A DNA stretch of 62,785 nt, taken from an uncultured Leptospirales bacterium. Its GTDB lineage: Bacteria; Spirochaetota; UBA4802; UBA5550. The translations under genes and the position numbers were made by a program. The stretch is from NCBI GenBank assembly GCA_964529965.1, contig CAZHAD010000004.1:10358-73142 (forward strand). Reading direction: 5' to 3'. Each line of letters starts with the position of its first letter. Positions within the stretch are counted from its first letter, which is position 1. This document shows positions 55,145 to 62,785 of this stretch, in pieces. The notes under the pieces are model-generated. The model was not told the DNA's origin. It saw only the letters and a program-made list of their open reading frames with translations, and made no database searches.

Positions 55145-58100
55145 ATGACAAAAAAGATCGGATCAGTGATGGTGGTTGGCGGAGGCATCTCCGGGATGCA
55201 GGCCGCCCTGGACTTGGCCGATTCCGGTTATTATGTCTATCTCGTTGAAAGGTCTTCGTCCATCGGCGGCATGATGTCGCAGCTGGACAAGACCTTTCCG
55301 ACCAACGACTGTTCCATGTGAATACTTTCACCGAAACTGGTCGAGGTCGGCCGGCATTTAAACATCGAGCTGATGACGCTTACGGAGATCAACAGCATCG
55401 CGGGAGAGGGAGGCGATTTTGAAGTGCGCGCCACCCGCCATCCGCGGTATGTCTCCCTGGACAAATGCATCGCCTGCGGCGTGTGCGCCGAGAAGTGCCC
55501 CAAAAAGGTGCCGAATGAATACGATGCGGAGCTGGGCAACAGAAAAGCGATCTATGTCAAGTACCCGCAGGCGGTTCCTCTCAAATATGCCATCGATGAG
55601 AAGAATTGCATCTATTTTATAAAGGGGAAGTGCAGGGCGTGTGAGAAATTGTGCCCTGCGGGAGCCGTCAATTTTGAAGACAAGGCGACGGACGTTACGC
55701 TGCATGTGGGGGCCGTGGTGATCGCACCCGGCTCTGAGGCGTATGACGTCGCATCAAACGACGTGTACGGGTACGCCAGATCCGGAAATATCGTCACGAG
55801 CCTTGAATTTGAAAGAATACTTTCATCGACGGGCCCGTTCGAGGGGCACCTCGTAAGGCCGTCCGATCACAAGGAGCCGGGAAAGATCGCATGGATCCAG
55901 TGCGTGGGTTCACGCGACATGCATGCGGGATCGCATGGATACTGTTCGTCCGTATGCTGCACCTATGCAATAAAGGAAGCGATCATCGCCAAGGAGCATT
56001 CGAACGGCGATCTGGATGCCGCGATATTCTACATCGACATGAGGACTCATGGGAAGGATTTTGAGAAGTATTATAACAAAGCCAGGAACGAGATGGGGGT
56101 GCGGTTTATAAGATCGAGGATCACGAGCATTCCCGAATCGCCCGATACCGGGGACCTCGTGATACAATATGTAGACGAGCGCGGACGCAAGCGGGAAGAA
56201 TGCTTTGACATGGCGGTGCTCTCGGTCGGGCTGAGCGCGCCCGGTCAAGCCTCGGGCCTTGGTGACCGGTTTGGGATAAAGCTCGACCGGTACGGCTTCC
56301 CCGTAACCCGGAGCTTCAGGCCGGTCGAAACATCAAAGCCCGGGATCTTCGTATGCGGGGCCTTCCAGGGACCCAAGGATATACCCCAGTCGGTCATTGA
56401 GTCGAGCGCGTGCGCGGCGGCGGTGGGAAGCCTTCTGGGCGAGTCCCGCGGGAGCCTGGCCCGCACGAAGGAAGCGCCGGTGCAAAAAGACGTCATCGGC
56501 GAGCGGCCTCAAATCGGGGTGTTTGTGTGCAAATGCGGGACCAATATCGCCGGCGTTATTGATACATCAAAGCTGGCCGAGAACGCGCGGGCGCTGCCCG
56601 ACGTCGTGTATGTGGAGGAAAATCTGTTCAGCTGCTCCCAGGATACTCAGGAGAAGATCACTCAGATCATAAAAGAAAAGAAACTCAACCGGGTCGTAGT
56701 GGCCGCCTGCACTCCTCGGACGCACGAGGAGCTCTTTCAGGAGACCGTGGTCAATGCGGGCATAAATAAGTATCTTTTTGAGATGGCCAATATCCGGAAT
56801 CAGTGCTCCTGGGTGCACCGGGGAAGCCCCGAGCTTGCCCTGGAGAAGGCGATTGACCAACTACGAATGGCGGTGGGAAAAGTGCGGCTCGCCGAGCCCT
56901 TTTCCGAGTTTGAGATTGGGATCAACCAATCCGCCCTGATCGTGGGGGGCGGCATATCGGGGCTTGCAGCCGCCCGCAATCTGTCCGAGCAGGGGTATCA
57001 TGTCCATCTCATTGAAAAGAGCACTATGCTGGGGGGCCAGGCCAGGAATATTTACCGGAGCTGGATGATGGAGGACGTGCGGGAAGAGCTGTCACGGCTC
57101 ATCGAGGACGTTCAATCCAGCCGGAACGTTGACGTATATCTTGATGCTGAATTGAAGAACGTGGACGGCTTTGTCGGCAATTTCAGATCGACTATTACGG
57201 CCGGAAGAACCGAAAAGGTGCTTGATCACGGGGTGGCGATAATCGCGACCGGGGCATCGGAGCTCAAGCCCGACGGGTATCTATACGGCGAGGACGACCG
57301 CGTCATAACCGGGCTTGAGCTGGACGCCAAGTTAATGAATGATGACCACGATTCCTTCGTGAAGGGGATCCAGAGGGTTGTGTTCGTGCAATGCGTCGGA
57401 TCACGGATTGAGGAACGGCCCTACTGCTCCAAGGTCTGCTGCACCCATTCAATCAGGAATGCCGTTACATTGAAGAAGATGAACCCCGCAATGGATATTT
57501 TTATTATATACAGGGATATCCGCTCGTATGGATTGAGGGAAGACCTGTATCGCGAAGCACGTTCGATGGGCGTCGTATTCGTTCAATATGAATTCGAAAA
57601 GGGCTTAGAAGTTGAAAGGTCGGACAAAAGCCTCCGCGTGCGGTTCATGGATTCGGTTCTTCATCACGAGATAGAGATTTCCCCGGAGCTGCTGGTCCTC
57701 GCCTCGGCCATTGTTCCGCCTGAAGACAACGCGGTCGCGAGGATGTTCAAGGTCCCGTTGAACGAGGATGGTTTTTTTGTCGAGGCGCATGTAAAGCTTC
57801 GGCCCATAGATTTTTCCACCGAAGGCGTGTTTGTCTGCGGCCTTGCGCACAGCCCGAAGCCCATAGATGAATCGATCGCACACGGGCTAGGCGCCGCTTC
57901 ACGTGCGGTGACGCTGCTGTCAAAAGAGAGAATGCTCGGCAATGCCCTGGTTGCGGAGATAAACCAGGAGACATGCGCGGGATGCCAGGGCTGCATGGGG
58001 GTGTGCTCGTTCGAGGCCATATCATTTTTGCCGGATCTGCGCGTGTGTCAGATCAACGAGGCCCTGTGCAAGGGATGCGGCGCGTGCGCCGCGACGTGCA

Positions 58101-58174
58101 CGTCGGGAAGCATAAAGCTCAGGGGCTTTACCTCAAAGCAGATATTCAAGCAGATTGAGGCGGTTGTTTTTTAG
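55145..58174 (+). CDS. hdrA: Tandem double HdrA flavoprotein, selenocysteine-containing (1009 aa)
   Basis: ATG 55145 is in frame with track ORF 55373..58174. Reading TGA 55319-55321 as Sec gives '[21 protein letters not shown]...[22 protein letters not shown]', the HdrA motif. The first half has an inserted ferredoxin domain ('[12 protein letters not shown]', '[13 protein letters not shown]'). The second half restarts with '[15 protein letters not shown]', has '[16 protein letters not shown]', and ends with '[11 protein letters not shown]' and '[11 protein letters not shown]'. Confidence 0.9.
55331..55350 (+). promoter_or_regulatory. Putative SECIS hairpin for hdrA UGA
   Basis: Nine nt after UGA: CCGA[AA]CU-GGUCG-AG[G]UCGG, giving 4+2 bp around a small internal loop with an apical GGUCG. 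Confidence 0.5.
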
Positions 58175-58197
58175 TTTTATAGATGAGGAGTTTCAGA

Positions 58198-58623
58198 ATG
58201 TCTCCAGAAGGATTTAAACCCAAGATCATTGCATTTTTATGCAACTGGTGCGCCTATGCCGGCGCGGACCTGGCCGGCATCAGCCGATTGCAGTACTCTC
58301 CCAGCGTTCGCGTGATAAGGGTCATGTGCTCGGCAACGGTTTCGCCGCACCATATTTTGAAGTCCTTTCAAAAGGGGGTCGACGGCGTTTTTGTGGGAGG
58401 GTGACACATCGGCGAATGCCATTACCTGTACGGTAATTACATGACCAATAAAAGGATCGCCTTCATGAAGGAGCTTCTTGAATTTTTCGGGCTGGAGCCT
58501 GAGCGCCTGCGTCTGGAATGGGTTTCCGCGTCAGAGGGCCAGAAATTTGCCCGGGTTATCAATGAGTTTGCCGATCAGATCGGGGAGTTAGGAGAATCAC
58601 CTTTGAACAACAAGGTTCTTTAG
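58198..58623 (+). CDS. mvhD: MvhD family protein, selenocysteine-containing (141 aa)
   Basis: Track ORFs 58183..58404 and 58441..58623 are in one frame. Reading TGA 58402-58404 as Sec gives 'GVFVGG-U-HIGECHY', aligned to 'VLICGCHPGDCHY' of the Cys paralogue at 33525. 'IIAFLCNWCAYAGADLAG' is also present. ATG 58198 lies 8 nt after GAGGAG. Confidence 0.88.
58421..58437 (+). promoter_or_regulatory. Putative SECIS hairpin for mvhD UGA
   Basis: Sixteen nt after UGA: AUUACC-UGUAC-GGUAAU, a perfect 6-bp stem. Confidence 0.45.
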
Positions 58624-58655
58624 GCTCAATAATTACGTTATGGCAGAGTTTTACC

Positions 58656-59438
58656 ATGAGTGAAAAAATTAAAGGATATATCGCCGGCCTTTTCAAGCAG
58701 GGAAAAATCGAGGCCTTTTTGGGAGAGAGAGAGGAAAACGGCCAGATAGTTCCCCACCTGTTCACCGGTCCGGAAGAGATCGAACACCTTTACTTCGGAT
58801 CAAAACGCTACCCGCTGAACAAGGTGCTCGCGCAGCTTTGTAAAAGATATCCGGAGGCTACAATCGGCGTCATGGTTCGGGGATGCGACGAGCGCGGATT
58901 AAACGAGCTGTATAAATGGAATCAGCTTGATCCGGAGAAGGTTGTCGCCGCAGGCATCGCATGTTCGAAGGAACAGGCGGAATACTGTGAATGCTCCAAG
59001 CCCTATCCCGAAGTCCTTATCGATGGAGAGCAAACGCCGGCAGTAGGGAATGGAACAGTCAAAATGATAGAGTCCATGGGGATTCCGGAGAGGCTGAAAT
59101 ACTGGATGGCTGAATTTTCCCGATGCATCAAGTGTTACGGCTGCCGCGATATCTGCCCGATGTGCTTTTGCAACGAATGCAGCCTCGAAGAGGCGGAATT
59201 CATCGGAAGGGGAAAAATACCGCCTGAGATTCCCGTCTTTCATCTTTCACGGGCCGTGCACATGGCGGGGCGATGCATCGACTGCGGCCTTTGCGAGGAG
59301 GCCTGCCCGTCGATAATACCCCTCAGGAGGCTTTATAAAAAAGTGAACGACATCATCCAGAACCATTTTTCTTACAGGCCGGGCTACGATGATGAGAAAT
59401 CCCCCTTGAATATGCTGGGGCAAAGGCCTGAAGAATAG
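58656..59438 (+). CDS. Iron-sulfur electron-transfer protein (AsrA / sulfhydrogenase-beta / FrhB-like 4Fe-4S dicluster region)
   Basis: Contains the 'CIKCYGCRDICPMCFCNEC' and 'CIDCGLCEEACPS' motifs. It lies between mvhD and fdhA. The family assignment is only approximate. Confidence 0.65.
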   Translation: MSEKIKGYIAGLFKQGKIEAFLGEREENGQIVPHLFTGPEEIEHLYFGSKRYPLNKVLAQLCKRYPEATIGVMVRGCDERGLNELYKWNQLDPEKVVAAGIACSKEQAEYCECSKPYPEVLIDGEQTPAVGNGTVKMIESMGIPERLKYWMAEFSRCIKCYGCRDICPMCFCNECSLEEAEFIGRGKIPPEIPVFHLSRAVHMAGRCIDCGLCEEACPSIIPLRRLYKKVNDIIQNHFSYRPGYDDEKSPLNMLGQRPEE

Positions 59439-59440
59439 AA

Positions 59441-59458
59441 ATCGGCGTGAATCGGCGG
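59441..59458 (+). repeat. 18-nt motif ATCGGCGTGAATCGGCGG, copy 2
   Basis: This is an exact match to 54146-54163. It starts 2 nt after the upstream stop codon and ends 62 nt upstream of the fdhA ATG. Confidence 0.8.
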
Positions 59459-59520
59459 CTATCATTATTCTTTTCAGGATTGATAACTGAATAGTTACTA
59501 TAATTTTATTGGAGCAGTTA

Positions 59521-61557
59521 ATGGATTACAAGAGCGTATCGACGATTTGTCCTTATTGCGGCTGCGGCTGCGGATTGGCCCTTCAGGTGCTTGACGGGTC
59601 AATTACCGGCGTCCTGCCGAGCAAATCGAATCCGGTCAATGAAGGAAAGCTCTGCATCAAGGGGTGGAACGCGCATGAGTTTATCGCCAGTTCCGAAAGG
59701 ATCACGAAACCCCTCGTGCGGAAAAACGGCGGCCTGGAGGAGGTCGGGTGGGACGAGGCGCTTGAGCGCGCCTCATCCGGGCTGATGGAAATAAAGAAAA
59801 AGCACGGACCGGACAGCATCGCGTTTATGAGCTCTGCAAAGTGCACCAACGAGGAGAATTATCTCTTGCAGAAGTTCGCACGCGCCGCCGTGGGCACCAA
59901 TAACGTCGACCACTGCGCCCGGCTTTGACACTCTTCCACCGTGGCAGGTCTTGCCGCGTCGTTCGGAAGCGGGGCGATGACCAACTCCATCGCCGACATT
60001 GAAAAATCGAGGTGCATATTCATTATCGGTTCCAACACCACCGAGGCGCATCCGCTTGTCGCATATCGTGTTATGAAGGCACACAAGAACGGCGCCGCGC
60101 TCGTCGTCGCCGATCCCCGGAGGATCCATATTTCCACATTTTCCGACATCCACGTCCGTCAAAAACTCGGGACCGATGTCGCCCTCATCAACGGCATCAT
60201 GCATGTCATTATAAAAGAAGGATGGGAGGACAGGGAATTTATCACGAATCGGACCGAGGGTTTTGACGCCCTGAGCACGATGGTGGAGCGGTTTACCCCT
60301 GAGAGGACCGCAGAGATCACCGGCGTCAGCTCTGAAGATATACGAAAGATCGCGGAATTGTACGCGAAATCCGAAGTCTCTGCAATAATATATGCGATGG
60401 GCATAACCCAGCACACCACCGGTGTGGATAACGTGAAATCGCTGGCGAATCTGTCGATGCTGTGCGGACACATCGGCAAGGAGGGGGGAGGAGTCAATCC
60501 ACTCCGGGGGCAGAACAACGTGCAGGGTGCGTGCGATATGGGAGGGCTACCCGACGTATATCCCGGATACCAGCGGGTCAACGACGAGAACGCCGCGAAA
60601 AAGTTCGAACAGGCATGGAACGCGACACTTTCCCGCAAGCCGGGGCTGACCATCACGGATATATTCACCGCAATTGATGAAGGGAAGGTCAGGGCCCTGT
60701 ATGTAATGGCTGAAAATCCCATGCTCAGCGATCCCGATATCCGCCATGTTGAAAAGGCGCTTGGATCATTGGACTTGTTGATCGTTCAGGATATCTTCAT
60801 GACCGAAACGGCAAGGTTGGCTGATGTGGTCCTTCCCGGGGTTACATTCGCCGAGAAGGACGGGGTCTTTACCAACACGGAAAGAAAGGCCCAGAGGATC
60901 AGAAAAGCCATTGATCCGATCGGTGATTCAGTGCCCGATTGGGAGATCATCCGGAATTTATCGAAGAAGACCGGTTATCCGATGGATTATAAGCATCCGT
61001 CCGAGATTCAGGAAGAAATATCAAGGCTGACCCCCAGCTACGGCGGCATCACCTATGACCGATTGGAAGGCGACGGATTGCAATGGCCGTGTCCGGATAA
61101 AAGCCACCCCGGCACGGTGTTCTTGCACAAGGACAAATTTTCGCGCGGGCGGGGCCTTTTTTCTGCCATTGATTATTTCCCGCCTGCGGAGCTGCCTGAC
61201 GATGAATACCCGCTGGCGCTGACCACGGGCCGTATGTATTTTCACTACCACACCGGAACGCTGTCAAGAAAATCGCCGTCGCTTAATCTTGAAACAGAAA
61301 GCGGCTATGCGGAGATAAGCCGGGCCGATGCGCAGCAGCTCGGCATCAAGGACGGTGAAAAGGTAAAAGTCGTCTCCCGCAGGGGAGAGATAGAGACCAC
61401 GGCGGTTGTCACCGACAAGGTTGAGGCGGGATTAATATTCATTCCCTTCCATTTTTTTGAAGGTGCGGCCAATGTTCTCACGAATACGGCGTTCGATCCG
61501 GTTGCCAAAATTCCGGAATTAAAGGTCTGTGCGGTAAGGGTGGCGAAAGCCTCTTAG
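59521..61557 (+). CDS. fdhA: Cytoplasmic formate dehydrogenase catalytic subunit, selenocysteine-containing (678 aa)
   Basis: Track ORFs 59509..59928 and 59941..61557 are in one frame. Reading TGA 59926-59928 as Sec gives '[32 protein letters not shown]'. 'CPYCGCGCG' and 'NPLRGQNNVQGACDMG' are present. There is no Tat signal. Confidence 0.92.
59941..59957 (+). promoter_or_regulatory. Putative SECIS hairpin for fdhA UGA
   Basis: Twelve nt after UGA: GUGGCA-GGUCU-UGCCGC (6 bp including one G-U). The geometry and loop match the 10231-10259 element. Confidence 0.6.
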
Positions 61558-61570
61558 AAGGCCGCCAGGA

Positions 61571-62494
61571 TCAGTAGAAAAAATCCCTCATAAAGAGATG
61601 CCTTAATATGTCCTTCCTGCTGACAATGCCGGACAATATGTTATTGCCCTTTTGCACGACGGGGATCTGTTTTACTCCACGATCGCAAATGAGCATGACG
61701 ACGTGGCTGACATGCGAGTCTTCGTTGATATACAGCACGTCCCGCGTCATGATCTCGTTAAGAAAACGCTCGCTCGTCCATCCTTCGAGCACGTCGGTTT
61801 CTGTCAGGAACCCCACCAGCCGCATTCCGGAATTGACCACCGGAAGTCCGGAAATACCCAGTTTCAGGAACATCTTAATGGCGTCTTTTGCGGTCTGGTC
61901 CTCCCGGAGGTAAAAGACATCTCGGGTCATTATGCTTTCGACGGAGACCTCCAGGGCGGGGTCGGTTTTCAGATCGACCTGCATCTCGCATTCTTCGCAG
62001 ATCTGGCGGGATAGATAGTGGAATCCCACCTTCGAATAGATGTGCTTGGCTTTCATATTGTAGGGCTCGACGCAGAGCCAGATGTTTTTATACCCGATAT
62101 CCTGGGAGATTTTCTTCACGAGCCGGGTGAGCTGGATCCCGATGCCGGCATTTTGATATCGCGGGGCCACGGCGAGAATGAAGTCGGAGCGGCATCCGTC
62201 AATATCGAAGATCGCCCCATGGCAGATCGCCTCATGATCGAACGAGATGCCGACAATATTAAATCCGTTATCAAGCATGGATTTAACCCATGCCTGCAGG
62301 CGTTCATCCTCGGCGGGAGGCAGTCCCTGATACGATTCCTTCGGTTCGAAATCCCGGTACATTTTCAGGATTTTCGCATAATCGTCTTTCATTACTTTTC
62401 TGAACAGGATCGGACGTCTTTTCCGATCTATATAAGGATGCGGGAGGCAGCTGGTCTCCGTGTTGATTAGGATTGTCCTTACCTTGTCGTCCAC
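61571..62494 (-). CDS. GNAT-family N-acetyltransferase fused to a C-terminal CBS pair
   Basis: Contains 'VAPRYQNAGIGIQLTRLV' (acetyl-CoA motif A) and the CBS repeats 'IMTRDVFYL...ISGLPVVNSGMRLVGFLTETDV' and 'IMTRDVLYI...IPVVQKGNNILSGIVSRKDI'. Confidence 0.8.
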   Translation of the reverse strand: MDDKVRTILINTETSCLPHPYIDRKRRPILFRKVMKDDYAKILKMYRDFEPKESYQGLPPAEDERLQAWVKSMLDNGFNIVGISFDHEAICHGAIFDIDGCRSDFILAVAPRYQNAGIGIQLTRLVKKISQDIGYKNIWLCVEPYNMKAKHIYSKVGFHYLSRQICEECEMQVDLKTDPALEVSVESIMTRDVFYLREDQTAKDAIKMFLKLGISGLPVVNSGMRLVGFLTETDVLEGWTSERFLNEIMTRDVLYINEDSHVSHVVMLICDRGVKQIPVVQKGNNILSGIVSRKDILRHLFMRDFFY

Positions 62495-62785
62495 GATTCA
62501 GAAAATTCCTTTTCTTTAATGTAAACAAGATTAGATGGATCATGCCCCCTGTTGAAAAGGGAATGGTGATGAAAGCGGTGAATAGCGTATATAAAAAACA
62601 CTATCATATAATTGATTATACGTCAACTAATTTATTCATGACCATCGGGTAACGCATCCATATGATTTCCTTATTTATATTTCTTTCGAGACAGCCACTA
62701 TCTTATTAAAGGTGGATTACATGCCTATGCCATTCGATCACAACCGTTGAATCAAGTAACAATAGGCGGGAAGCCTGCTGTTGTT

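Overview
This 62,785-bp window holds about 56 credible protein genes and one tRNA-His. I found no rRNA, no CRISPR array and no transposase or integrase. Coding DNA is GC-rich and intergenic DNA is clearly AT-rich. The gene content fits a strictly anaerobic bacterium with Desulfobacterota- or syntroph-like energy metabolism, but the taxon cannot be fixed from sequence alone. All product calls rest on motifs read by eye in the ORF track; no database search was possible.

Left part (1-28 kb):
- a sulfotransferase and an SDR oxidoreductase
- an M50/CBS protease
- a Tat-exported selenocysteine formate dehydrogenase operon (fdhA(Sec)-fdhB-mobA-fdhE) with convergent fdhD
- an enoyl-CoA hydratase and tRNA-His
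- a three-gene two-component block
- a TolC/MacA/MacB-type efflux operon
- pabB/pabC and rseC
- a CBS+HATPase / DRTGG / PHP / HATPase regulatory cassette

Right part (28.8-61.6 kb) is a dense redox island with two modules.
(i) A 20.4-kb co-directional array with no gap over 97 nt. In order: an HdrA/QmoA-like protein, a QmoC-like FeS/cytochrome-b membrane protein, an HdrA/QmoB-like protein, MvhD-MvhG-MvhA [NiFe] hydrogenase and its maturation protease, a tetrahaem cytochrome c, RnfC(degenerate)-D-G-E-A, RnfB fused to a GltD/NfnB-like NAD(P)H flavoprotein, a NuoE-like protein, a 2Fe-2S ferredoxin, a NuoF-like protein, and an Fdh-like Mo/W-bisPGD subunit whose Sec/Cys-His pair reads Tyr-Asp.
(ii) A second module. 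In order: a cytochrome-b/2xHdrC fusion, HdrB, a tandem double HdrA (Sec), MvhD (Sec), an FeS protein, and a cytoplasmic FdhA (Sec).

Four in-frame UGA codons, each followed by a hairpin, explain every split ORF in the track.

The most noteworthy observations are:
- two parallel membrane-anchored Hdr/Qmo-like modules, one wired to a hydrogenase and one to a formate dehydrogenase
- an Rnf complex whose NADH-binding motif is missing from RnfC while a complete GltD-type NAD(P)H/FAD module is fused to RnfB
- an Fdh-like subunit that lacks the catalytic ligand
- an exact 18-nt direct-repeat motif found in two intergenic spacers of the hdr-fdh operon
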